From: Archaeoglobus sp. JdFR-37
GTDB taxonomy: Archaea; Halobacteriota; Archaeoglobi; Archaeoglobales; Archaeoglobaceae
DNA: 61,195 bases
Assembly: GCA_002010215.1 (NCBI GenBank)
Contig: MTMY01000031.1
Coordinates: 62,001-123,195, forward strand
Direction of reading: 5' to 3'
A model generated the notes under the pieces. The model had not been told where the DNA came from. It searched no databases and was given only the letters and a program-made list of their open reading frames with translations. Made by a program: the position numbers and the translations under genes. Below are positions 40,728 through 49,739 of this stretch, one piece after another. How positions within the stretch are numbered: position 1 is the stretch's first letter; each line of letters starts with the position of its first letter.

Positions 40728-41782
40728 GTAAGTCAGCACGCCCTTTTCTTTTTCTTTTATTTCTATCAATTTCGATATTCATTTCAGGTTGTGCTGGCAC
40801 CCTGCCTTCCACACTAGATTCCGGCGTTAAAGATGTTAAGGGCGTTGAAAGTATTAATAATAGCTCTGTTACTATCTCAGGAAGTGAGTTAAAGGTAACC
40901 CCTCCGGGTACCTTGGATACTCAGGATATCCCTTCAAACATCACAAATTCAAATCTAATTCGTGTGGTGGATGATTTCGGGTTTGAGGTGGTGATAAATA
41001 AAACGCCAAGGCGGATAGTCTCTCTTGCTCCCAGCAACACCGAGATACTCTTTGCTCTCGGTCTTGGAGGCAGAATCGTTGGAGTAACAGACTACTGCAA
41101 TTATCCACCTGAGGCTTTGAAAAAGCCAAAGGTTGGTGGTTTCTCCACAGTGAATATCGAGAAGGTACTGGCTCTTAATCCCGATCTGGTGGTTGCTGCT
41201 TATGGGAATGGAGCTGAAACTGTAGAAACCCTGAGGGGTTACGGCATAACTGTGATATCTTTGAATCCAAAAAATCTGACAGATGTCATGAGGAATATAG
41301 AGCTGCTGGGGAAAGTTACTGGAACTGAGGAGAATGCAACAAGGCTTGTTGAGATGATGGAGCAGAAAATCAGGGAAGTAGAGGAAATGATGGCAAACAG
41401 CAGCGAGAGGCCGAAAGTAGCCCACATACTCTGGCACGATCCAATATGGGTAAGCGGGAGCGGCACTTTCATTGATGAGTTGGTACGCATCGCTGGCGGA
41501 ACTAACGTTTTTGGCGACATGGAGGGCTGGAAAATTGTAAGCATCGAAGACCTCCTTGCTAGAAACCCTGATATAATCATCGTAAACAGCGGAACTGGGA
41601 TGGGGGGTGGAAAGAACATTCTCTACAACTGGGCCATAAGAGAGCTGAAGGATGTCAGGGCGGTTAAGGAGGGTAGGGTTTATGTAATTGATTCTGATAT
41701 TATCTCAAGACCATCGTACAGACTTGTTTATGCCTTGGAGGAGCTTGCAAAAATTATACACGAGCATAAAGTATTAACTTAA
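40724..41782 (+). CDS. btuF: Cobalamin-binding ABC substrate-binding lipoprotein
   Basis: Lipobox ISGC; RIVSLAPSNTEILFALG...VGVTDYCNYP...NIEKVLALNPDLV; ISRPSYR. Confidence 0.88.
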   Translation: MSKSARPFLFLLFLSISIFISGCAGTLPSTLDSGVKDVKGVESINNSSVTISGSELKVTPPGTLDTQDIPSNITNSNLIRVVDDFGFEVVINKTPRRIVSLAPSNTEILFALGLGGRIVGVTDYCNYPPEALKKPKVGGFSTVNIEKVLALNPDLVVAAYGNGAETVETLRGYGITVISLNPKNLTDVMRNIELLGKVTGTEENATRLVEMMEQKIREVEEMMANSSERPKVAHILWHDPIWVSGSGTFIDELVRIAGGTNVFGDMEGWKIVSIEDLLARNPDIIIVNSGTGMGGGKNILYNWAIRELKDVRAVKEGRVYVIDSDIISRPSYRLVYALEELAKIIHEHKVLT

Positions 41783-41816
41783 ACACCTGTAACTACCAGC
41801 TCAAAAAAGTGGCAAG

Positions 41817-42659
41817 TCAGAAAATGAGCCTCTGGACAGGAATGACTAGGATGTCCCTTGCCCCCATTCGCTTCAGCTCTTCCACAACCTCGAACAGCCT
41901 GTCTTCGTGAACAACAACGTGAACGGCCACTATATCTTCTTCTGACTCTACCCTCATAACCGTTGGCCCCTTCAGTCCCGGAACGACCCTCTTCACGTCC
42001 TCCAGCCTGTCAGAGGGGACATTCATCATGAGGTACATCATCCCCCTTGCGTTGAGCACGCTCTGAATAGCCGTTACAAGGGCTTTAACTCTGAAATCGT
42101 CTTTAGCATCTTTATTGGCTATGAGGACTGCTTCAGTTTCCATAACCTCCTCAACAACTTCTAGACCATTCATTCGCAGAGTAGTTCCAGATGAGGTCAG
42201 ATCAAGGATTGCCTCAGCCACTCCGATTGCAGGAGCGTTTTCACACGCTCCACTCACCTCAACGATCTCCACATCAATTCCCTTTTCCCTGAAAAATCTC
42301 TCTGAAATCCTTCTGAATTCTGTGGCAACTCTTTTGCCGTTGAGCTCCGATATATTTTTTATTTTCCCTATGGGGGCAGCAACAACAAGCTTGGCCTTTC
42401 CAAAGCTGAGTCTTAGAAGAATGTCAACGTCAACATCCGCTTCAAGAACCAGATCCAGTCCGGTAATGCCAGCGGTGGCGGCATTCATGTAAACATACTC
42501 CGGTATATCTCTTGCCCTTGCGAACAGAATGTTTACATTTGGATTATTTGTTGGGGCAATAAGCCTTCTCTCTGAATTTTCAGGTTTGATTCCTGCCTCC
42601 TTCAGCAACTCCAGTGCAGGGGAACTGAGTCTTCCTTTGTTTGGGATGGCAATTATCAT
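41817..42659 (-). CDS. hisG: ATP phosphoribosyltransferase (long form)
   Basis: AIPNKGRL, RARDIP, GITGLD, SGACE, DLTSSGTTL, PGLKGPTV. Confidence 0.96.
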   Translation of the reverse strand: MIIAIPNKGRLSSPALELLKEAGIKPENSERRLIAPTNNPNVNILFARARDIPEYVYMNAATAGITGLDLVLEADVDVDILLRLSFGKAKLVVAAPIGKIKNISELNGKRVATEFRRISERFFREKGIDVEIVEVSGACENAPAIGVAEAILDLTSSGTTLRMNGLEVVEEVMETEAVLIANKDAKDDFRVKALVTAIQSVLNARGMMYLMMNVPSDRLEDVKRVVPGLKGPTVMRVESEEDIVAVHVVVHEDRLFEVVEELKRMGARDILVIPVQRLIF

Positions 42660-42755
42660 CCTCTGGAAAACTTCAGGGGGAAATATAAGTATTACCGATA
42701 TGGTAAAACATCCTTTTGTCGCAAATCTTAATCTTTCTTAAGGCAAAGATGCTTT

Positions 42756-43376
42756 GTGGAACCACTGGGAATATGTGAGACATGCGGCGAATTTGAAGGC
42801 AGATGTGGCTGTGGGAAAGGTAGGATTGTTCTGGATGGCGTCAAAAGGGAGAGGATAAGCAAGTTTTTGAGTGGTTTGCTAAGACACTTCCCTCAATCTT
42901 TTGGAGTAGAGGTGGACAAAGACGGATGGGCTGATTTGAAAAAAGTCTATCAAGTTGTGATGAGCAGATACGATGTCAGTCTGGACGCAATAAGCCTTAT
43001 AGTGAAATTTGACCCTAAAGAGAGGTTTGAGCTGAGGGATAGTAAAATCAGGGCCAGATACGGCCATACAATTGAGGTAAAGACAGATTGGAGTGAAATT
43101 TCGATTTTAGAAATACCACCAAAGCTCTATCACGGTACAGCTCCTGAAAATCTCCACTCGATACTGGAAAAGGGATTGCTGCCAATGAAACGGAAGGAAG
43201 TTCACCTATCGGAAAGCATAGAAGAGGCTCTCGAAGTGGGTAGAAGGTACTCCAGAATGCCTAAAATTCTGGAAATTGATGCGAAGGGACTTGTAAAAGC
43301 TGGGATCTCCGTCAGGAGAAAGGGTAGAGTGTATACTGCCTCTCATGTCCCTCCTGAGTTTATCAGAGTTTTATGA
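42756..43376 (+). CDS. kptA: RNA 2'-phosphotransferase (Tpt1/KptA)
   Basis: SKFLSGLLRH, KERFE, IRARYGHT, LYHGT, EVHLS; N-terminal CxxC..CxC. Confidence 0.92.
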   Translation: MEPLGICETCGEFEGRCGCGKGRIVLDGVKRERISKFLSGLLRHFPQSFGVEVDKDGWADLKKVYQVVMSRYDVSLDAISLIVKFDPKERFELRDSKIRARYGHTIEVKTDWSEISILEIPPKLYHGTAPENLHSILEKGLLPMKRKEVHLSESIEEALEVGRRYSRMPKILEIDAKGLVKAGISVRRKGRVYTASHVPPEFIRVL

Positions 43377-43542
43377 GGTTTTATGAGGCTTTCATTATGT
43401 GTTTTTTCTCCGAAATTATCTCTCTACTAAGGTTAATTATTGGTTAATTATTAAAATTACTTTGAAACACAACACTCTCAAAACATTTATATACTCCTCT
43501 ACCGAACCCTCAAAAACCGAAACCGAATAGGAGGAGTTGAAA

Positions 43543-43800
43543 TTGGCTGAGATAACAGAAGTTAGAATATATAAGGCGAGATCTGAAGGAGCTGTAAAGG
43601 CGTATGCCTCTGTGAGTTTGGATAATGAGTTTGTTGTGAAGGGGATTAAAGTGCTGGAAGGGGAAAATGGCCTTTGGGTCAGCATGCCCAGTAGAAAGGG
43701 CAAGGATGGAACTTTCCAGGATATCTTCCATCCAGCAAGTAAGGAGGCCAGAGATAAAATAGTTAATGCTGTGTTGGAAGCCTACAGACAGCAAATCTAA
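43543..43800 (+). CDS. spoVG: SpoVG-family nucleic-acid-binding protein
   Basis: ITEVRI...KAYASV...FVVKGIKVLEG.NGLWVSMPSRK..DG.FQDIFHP; TTG start after AGGAGGAG. Confidence 0.88.
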   Translation: MAEITEVRIYKARSEGAVKAYASVSLDNEFVVKGIKVLEGENGLWVSMPSRKGKDGTFQDIFHPASKEARDKIVNAVLEAYRQQI

Positions 43801-43898
43801 GATGGGCCTGAAAGACCGGAGATTTATATTTAGGCTATTTTAAATTTAATATATTGCCATTAAAAAAATTTATTAACTTTGGCTTTTTTACTTCATTC

Positions 43899-44312
43899 AT
43901 GGAAGAAGGTGTCACGCGTATCGGCGTCAGCCTCCCTAAGAACCTTCTTGATGAATTCGATAGCATCATAGAAACCAGGGGCTATTCTTCCAGAAGTGAG
44001 GCCATTAGGGATGCTATCAGGAGCTACATCTCTGAGTACAAGTGGATGGAGAAAGAGGAAGGAGAGATAATAGGTGTCGTTAATGTCATCTACGACCACC
44101 ACATGAAAGGCGTTACAGACGCCATCATAGATCTTCAGCATGAATTCGGAGGGATAATATCCACTACTCTTCACATTCACTTGGATAAAGATAGCTGCTT
44201 GGAGATGATACTCGTCAAAGGAGAGATGCAGAAAATCAAGAAACTGGTGGATAAGATAACTGCTCTGAGAGGAGTTATGAACGTGAAGCTGATAACAGCA
44301 CTGAAAGAATAA
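43899..44312 (+). CDS. nikR: Nickel-responsive regulator NikR
   Basis: RIGVSLP...[14 protein letters not shown] ribbon-helix-helix; YDHH, QH, HIHL...C. Confidence 0.93.
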   Translation: MEEGVTRIGVSLPKNLLDEFDSIIETRGYSSRSEAIRDAIRSYISEYKWMEKEEGEIIGVVNVIYDHHMKGVTDAIIDLQHEFGGIISTTLHIHLDKDSCLEMILVKGEMQKIKKLVDKITALRGVMNVKLITALKE

Positions 44313-44327
44313 AAGTGAAGAAATTCA

Positions 44328-45155
44328 ATGAAGGAATTTAATTTAATCCTCGTAGCTCTATTTTTCAGCCTTCATCAGGTAGCCATCAGAAAGGGAACTG
44401 AGAAGGGTGACTTGAATTCCGGGATATTTATAAGTCTGTTAACAAGTTCCATCATCTTTCTAATGCTATCAGTGGGCAGATTTTATTTTGACCACACTTT
44501 TCTACTCGTTATGGCTGCTGCCGGAATCCTCCACTTTCTTGTTGCGAGAACCGCCTTTTACCACAGCATAGATAGAGTTGGAGCAAATATTGCCGGCCCT
44601 CTTTCCGCCACAAGGATGTACTTCGCTGTTCTCTTCGGAGCCATATTTTTCCAGGAAGAGATAACGGTCAAGATACTTTTGATGACTACCTTCATCTTCA
44701 CAGGTGTATTTCTACTTTCAAAGCCTGACAGCATCCGAAGAGATACAGTCGGAATTCTCTTGGGCATTGCAACTGGCTTGGCCGCCAGCTTTTCGTCAGT
44801 CTTGGTTAAGGCTGGGATGCAGATCTACGGCGATGCTGTGTGGGCATCGGCAATTGGTTACACGTCCTCAGCTATACTTTATGCCGCTCTCATGAGGAGT
44901 AAAGCGCTCACCGTCAACAGAAGCCACTTCTATTTTGCTCTGGGCGGATTGCTGGTGGGAGTGGGACATTATCTGCGATATGATGCTCTTATGACCGTCC
45001 CTGTAAGTGTTGTTGAACCAGTGCTGAGCATATATCCACTCTTTACCATACTTCTGACTTATGTTTTTATCCGGGAGCTCGAATCCTTCTCCTTCCGTGT
45101 GATAGCTGGAGCAGTTCTGATAATCTTGGGGATAGAGATTTACTTCTTCAGTTGA
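44328..45155 (+). CDS. DMT/EamA-family transporter
   Basis: About 10 TM helices in two repeats ending FFQEEI / FIRELE. Confidence 0.8.
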   Translation: MKEFNLILVALFFSLHQVAIRKGTEKGDLNSGIFISLLTSSIIFLMLSVGRFYFDHTFLLVMAAAGILHFLVARTAFYHSIDRVGANIAGPLSATRMYFAVLFGAIFFQEEITVKILLMTTFIFTGVFLLSKPDSIRRDTVGILLGIATGLAASFSSVLVKAGMQIYGDAVWASAIGYTSSAILYAALMRSKALTVNRSHFYFALGGLLVGVGHYLRYDALMTVPVSVVEPVLSIYPLFTILLTYVFIRELESFSFRVIAGAVLIILGIEIYFFS

Positions 45156-45165
45156 TTCAGCCGAT

Positions 45166-45723
45166 TCAGAGATTCAGTTGCCTCCACGCATGGAGTACTC
45201 GCTGAACAACTGTTAGGTGTGATAGGAATATCAGTAATAGTAACGCTTCGTAGATGTAGCCAGTTATCAGCCCGGCAATGATTATCAGGGCTCTCTCCCC
45301 TCTCTCAGCAATCCCCACATCGCACTTTTCAATCACATTTTCAGCCCTCGCCCTAGTGTAGCTGACCATGAGAGAGCCAAGAAGTGCCAATGACACCACC
45401 AGCCAGTCGAAACCGGCGATTCCGAAGGCTATCAGAATTGCTGCATCGACGTATCTGTCTGCCACACTATCCAGTATCCCTCCAAATCCCGTAACCATAC
45501 CGGCGTTTCTGGCAAGGGCACCGTCTAGCAGATCCAGAAATCCGCTGAAGGCAAGAAGAACGGCACCTGCTATAAAATTAGACTTTGCAATAAAAAAAGA
45601 TGCAAGGATGCCGAGAGAGAGTGCCAAGGCGGTGACGTGATTTGGCTTGACGCCGATTCTGAAGAGAGTATCTGCTAACGGGTTAACAAAGGGAGAGATG
45701 GAACTTTTGAGCTTTCCCAGCAT
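45166..45723 (-). CDS. pgsA: CDP-alcohol phosphatidyltransferase (archaetidylinositol phosphate synthase-like)
   Basis: DLLDGALAR...GGILDSVADRYVD; SYTRARAE; ERGER. Confidence 0.88.
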   Translation of the reverse strand: MLGKLKSSISPFVNPLADTLFRIGVKPNHVTALALSLGILASFFIAKSNFIAGAVLLAFSGFLDLLDGALARNAGMVTGFGGILDSVADRYVDAAILIAFGIAGFDWLVVSLALLGSLMVSYTRARAENVIEKCDVGIAERGERALIIIAGLITGYIYEALLLLIFLSHLTVVQRVLHAWRQLNL

Positions 45724-45753
45724 ATCTCGAAAATTAAGGGTTGGGATATAAAA

Positions 45754-46326
45754 TTACTTCCAGATTTTACCACGGTAGTATCCCGTCACTGGACATCCAA
45801 GGCATAGGTTGTTCTCATAGTAGTCACAATTCATACAGTTGGAGTTGCATGGCGGGTCCTCATCCCTATTTACGAAAACTTTTATAGGAACGACTGTGTC
45901 CTTCTCGGCCCTCACTATTATTCCCACTTCGAGATCATGGACATCTGGATTTGGTCTTATGTGCTGATCTACTATGGCTTCTAGGGTTGAGAGGTCTTCG
46001 CCTATGAACATCAAGGACAGATTCTTGTTTCCTGCAACAATATAGCCGTTCAGGAAGAATGGGCACTTTTCAAAGACTTTTATGAGCTCTCTGGGATACC
46101 TGCACTTGATGTCTACTTTTAACACATATAGCCCAGCATTTTTGAGGTTTATGCCATATGTGTGACTAACTATGCCCATCTCCTTCATCCTCTTTATCCT
46201 TGCTCCCACAGATGGCTGCGACAGTCCTACTACCTTGGCAATCTCGTTCTGAGAAGCGTCGGGATCGTTCTCCAGTATTTCTAGTATCTTTTTATCCTTC
46301 TCATCCAGCTCAAAAACGCCAGTCAT
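45754..46326 (-). CDS. Lrp/AsnC-family regulator with C-terminal Cys-rich extension
   Basis: LDEKDKKIL...SQNEIAKVVGLSQPSVGARIKRM HTH; tail CNSNCMNC...CLGCP. Confidence 0.85.
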   Translation of the reverse strand: MTGVFELDEKDKKILEILENDPDASQNEIAKVVGLSQPSVGARIKRMKEMGIVSHTYGINLKNAGLYVLKVDIKCRYPRELIKVFEKCPFFLNGYIVAGNKNLSLMFIGEDLSTLEAIVDQHIRPNPDVHDLEVGIIVRAEKDTVVPIKVFVNRDEDPPCNSNCMNCDYYENNLCLGCPVTGYYRGKIWK

Positions 46327-46445
46327 ATTTTCCCCCACACAAACACGGTACCAATCTTATAAATAATTAGCGTAATTTATCGATTGTTGATAACCTATTA
46401 TGGGTTTTTTAGGATTTCACGTCTTAACTTAGTTTAACTTATAAC

Positions 46446-47249
46446 TCAGTATATCCTCACTCCGCAGTGATCGATTTTAGCTGTGAATGGTTCCCCAAAT
46501 TCTTTCAAGGCCTCAAGTCCTTTTTGAGCAAACACGGTTTTTCCCAACATTACCATTGAAGCGATACCTCCAGCAGCTTCAACAGCCTCTACGACGTCTC
46601 TCACATCATCATCCATCAAGCCAGTCTCCTCTGCGAATTTTTTTGATAATGTGAAAAGGTTGAGAAGCTTCGGGTTTTTGATAAATTCTTTTAGACATGT
46701 TTTTCCTTCCTTCTGGATTCTGGTAAGGCTGCTTTCAAGAATGGTGCTTGTATCAAGCTCCCCCATCACTAAAAACTCTAATTCTGCCCTCCATAGAAAC
46801 CTCTCTACTCTCGCAAGAGATGGGCATCCAGAGCTTAACCTTGCAACAACTCCTCCGTGGGATTGAGTGACTACATCTCCCAGTCCAGTTCTGTTAACGA
46901 CCTCGGCTTCATGGGCTAGGTCTGCAAGTTTTGAGAAAGGAGCGTTAAGATTTCTTGCCGAGGCTATTTCGAATGCAGCAGCAAGGGCAGAGGCACCGCT
47001 CATACCAAATCCACAGCCTACCGGAAGCTCCATGGAGATGTCAACTCCTCCTCCACCCAACCTTTCAATGACATATTTTACTGTGGGAAAGTTCCATTCC
47101 TCTTCATTAACCCGTATTCCTTCCTCACGGTATGAGACTCTGACACCTCTGTCAATTGTTATACCAACTCCCACTGAACCGGATTTCAGGGGGTTTTCAT
47201 GAATTTCAGGAGAAAAAAAAGCAGTTATACTCCCGGGAACGAAAATCAT
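46446..47249 (-). CDS. pok: Pantoate kinase (GHMP family)
   Basis: FVPGSITAFF, GSVGVG, PVGCGFGMSGA, AHEAEV..TGLGDV; ATGA overlap with coaBC. Confidence 0.9.
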   Translation of the reverse strand: MIFVPGSITAFFSPEIHENPLKSGSVGVGITIDRGVRVSYREEGIRVNEEEWNFPTVKYVIERLGGGGVDISMELPVGCGFGMSGASALAAAFEIASARNLNAPFSKLADLAHEAEVVNRTGLGDVVTQSHGGVVARLSSGCPSLARVERFLWRAELEFLVMGELDTSTILESSLTRIQKEGKTCLKEFIKNPKLLNLFTLSKKFAEETGLMDDDVRDVVEAVEAAGGIASMVMLGKTVFAQKGLEALKEFGEPFTAKIDHCGVRIY

Positions 47250-48451
47250 GGGCAATCCTCGAGGTAGATCTCAACGATCTTCTCTGCTACCTGAGATTTC
47301 ATTCCCTCAATCCACTCCTTTCTTTTTCCAGTTATTACAACAACTCTTGTATCTTCAGTTCCCATGCCTCTCTTCAGCACATCATTTGCAACAACCATCT
47401 CTAGTCTGTCTTCAGCCATTTTTTCCCTAGCAATTTTCTCTAGAACATCATCGCTAACCCCAGTTTCGGCTTTAAATCCAATTACATGACCGTCGTAAAT
47501 CTTCCTCACTTCTTTCAAAACTTTTGGAGCCGCCCTCAAATTGAGTGTGAGGCTTTCAGCAGTCTTTATCTTGCCTTCCGACATTTCTAGAGTGAAGTCT
47601 GCAGCGGCAGCAGCAGAGACGTAAAGGTCACAATTATTTTTGACGGCTGAAAGAGCAGCATCAAGCATTTCTTGGACGGAAGTGACCTTTATAATTTCAA
47701 AATCAGGAATGCTCAGCTGTGGTGGCTTGGATGTTATATAAGTTATCTCTGCCCCTCTTCTCCAGAATTCTAGAGCAATTTCAAGCCCTATTCTTCCGCT
47801 ACTCCTGTTGCTGATAAATCTGATGGGGTCTATAAACTCAAAGGTGGGGCCTGAGGTTACGACCACTTTTTTACCTTTCATTTCATGGCTGTAAAGCCTT
47901 CTTTCAACCTGCAGACATATGTTCTCGATATCCTGAAACTTGGCTTTGCCTTCTTCACGTCTCGGCTCTACAAACTCGACACCCATAGCTTTCAGCTTCT
48001 CTACAGCCTCCATTACTGCTGGATTTTCAATCATGCTTTCGTGCATTGCTGGGGCGACGAGTATTGGTTTACCGCTACCCAAGGCTGTTGTTGCCATAGT
48101 AGTAACTGGAGTATCATCTATGCCCGACGCAATCTTCGAGATTGTATTGGCGGTTGAAGGAGCTATCAGGAATAGATCCGCTTTTCCATTTTGACCAAGA
48201 AGCTCCACATGCTCTACACTACCAGTGATTTCCGTTATAACCCTATTATCTGTGGCGAATTCAAGAGCATAAGGGTGAATAATCTTCGTGGCGGCATCGC
48301 TCATAACGGCAATAACTTCAGCACCTCTTCTCACGAGCTCTCTTGCAAGCTTGACAGACTCAACGGCTGCAATGCTACCGGTGACGCCTAAAACGATGAG
48401 CTTTCCATCAAGCTTTTTGCTTTTCACTCCCTTTATTTTTTCCAGATGCAT
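47246..48451 (-). CDS. coaBC: Phosphopantothenoylcysteine decarboxylase/synthetase
   Basis: GVTGSIAA, APSTANT, PAMHESM, TSGPT..IDPIRFISNRSSG, GFKAE. Confidence 0.94.
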   Translation of the reverse strand: MHLEKIKGVKSKKLDGKLIVLGVTGSIAAVESVKLARELVRRGAEVIAVMSDAATKIIHPYALEFATDNRVITEITGSVEHVELLGQNGKADLFLIAPSTANTISKIASGIDDTPVTTMATTALGSGKPILVAPAMHESMIENPAVMEAVEKLKAMGVEFVEPRREEGKAKFQDIENICLQVERRLYSHEMKGKKVVVTSGPTFEFIDPIRFISNRSSGRIGLEIALEFWRRGAEITYITSKPPQLSIPDFEIIKVTSVQEMLDAALSAVKNNCDLYVSAAAAADFTLEMSEGKIKTAESLTLNLRAAPKVLKEVRKIYDGHVIGFKAETGVSDDVLEKIAREKMAEDRLEMVVANDVLKRGMGTEDTRVVVITGKRKEWIEGMKSQVAEKIVEIYLEDCP

Positions 48452-49739
48452 ACCTTCTCACCGCTTTCACGAAGTTTTCCACATTTCCGGTTTCGAGTGC
48501 TCTTCTGGAATGGGGTGTTTTTAAGGCTTGCTTAATTGCTGATAACTTTTCTGAGATATGCCTGAGGATTTCCTCATCTGGTTTTTTAACCTCATATGGC
48601 TCCTCTTTTATCTCTGCTAGACCGATCTCACGATAAAATCTTTTTTCAGGCTCTTTGACTTTCTCTTTTTTGATAATTCTTTCCACTGCATCCTCCCAAG
48701 CCTCTCTCCAAGGTGTATTCCGGATAGCTTCTTGAGTGTATACTACCTTTCTTTTCACCCTAATCAGGTCGTACGGGCAGGAGTTCTCACATGCACCACA
48801 AAAAATGCAGAACTCGTCGTTGTAATGGACTCTCCCCATGTCTTTGGAGACATACCAGACCCTGTTATGCTTGCAGACCTTGATGCATGCTCCGCACCCA
48901 ATGGGATCGCATCTGTACATACGGGGCTCGTAAAGAAAAAGCTCCCCTTCCATGGGCTTTGAAGTCTTTATGCCATCATAAGGGCAGATTTCCTCACAAT
49001 AACCGCAATGGGAGCATAACTCCTGATTTACGCTTATCTTTCCAAGTTCATCCAGCTCAGGCAGCTCATAATCAATTCTTTTCCCACCTTCTACCTTTAT
49101 TGCCTCCTCTGGACAAATATCTTCGCAGAGCTTGCAGTAATCGCATTTATCCTCGTTGATGAGCAAGTCCTCGTAGGGCATTATATCGTCCGGTTTTACG
49201 TCCTTATCCACCAGCACAAAAACCTCGCAGAATTCTCCACAAATCCCGCAAAGGTTACATTTGTCTTTGTCCACCACGACTCTTCCTTCAATCTCAGGAG
49301 GATTTCTCTCTTCAATATCTTGCCTAGTAATGAAAACTTCCCTTTTTATTGCTTCTGTAGGACAGGCTTTGTAGCAGAGGGTGCAGTGAACGCAACTTTC
49401 CAGAATATCAGTTTTTCCGACTAAGGAGAGGGATAAGGAGTCTTTCGAAACCTCCTCTCCATTTATGTAAAATTCAAAAGCGTTGAAGGGACAGAAAGCA
49501 TAGCATATTCCACAGTATGCACACTTGAGGTGATCAACGGTGACAGGAGGCATCTCCAAACCAACAGCGATATCATGTATCGGTCCAAGCTCGATGGCGT
49601 TGACCGGACAGGCGTATACACAAATGCCACAGCCGTTGCAGTGCTTATAATCGTAAACAAGTTTTCTCTCCTCATCTCCTGCTTTTTGAATCAGAATGAA
49701 GTGCTTCTCATCCATGTCTATTTCTCTTTCAGGAATCAT
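48408..49739 (-). CDS. Polyferredoxin, FwdF/FmdF-like, 8 predicted [4Fe-4S] motifs
   Basis: Seven CxxCxxCxxxC motifs plus one variant (CDPIGCGACIKVC). Confidence 0.85.
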   Translation of the reverse strand: MIPEREIDMDEKHFILIQKAGDEERKLVYDYKHCNGCGICVYACPVNAIELGPIHDIAVGLEMPPVTVDHLKCAYCGICYAFCPFNAFEFYINGEEVSKDSLSLSLVGKTDILESCVHCTLCYKACPTEAIKREVFITRQDIEERNPPEIEGRVVVDKDKCNLCGICGEFCEVFVLVDKDVKPDDIMPYEDLLINEDKCDYCKLCEDICPEEAIKVEGGKRIDYELPELDELGKISVNQELCSHCGYCEEICPYDGIKTSKPMEGELFLYEPRMYRCDPIGCGACIKVCKHNRVWYVSKDMGRVHYNDEFCIFCGACENSCPYDLIRVKRKVVYTQEAIRNTPWREAWEDAVERIIKKEKVKEPEKRFYREIGLAEIKEEPYEVKKPDEEILRHISEKLSAIKQALKTPHSRRALETGNVENFVKAVRRYASGKNKGSEKQKA

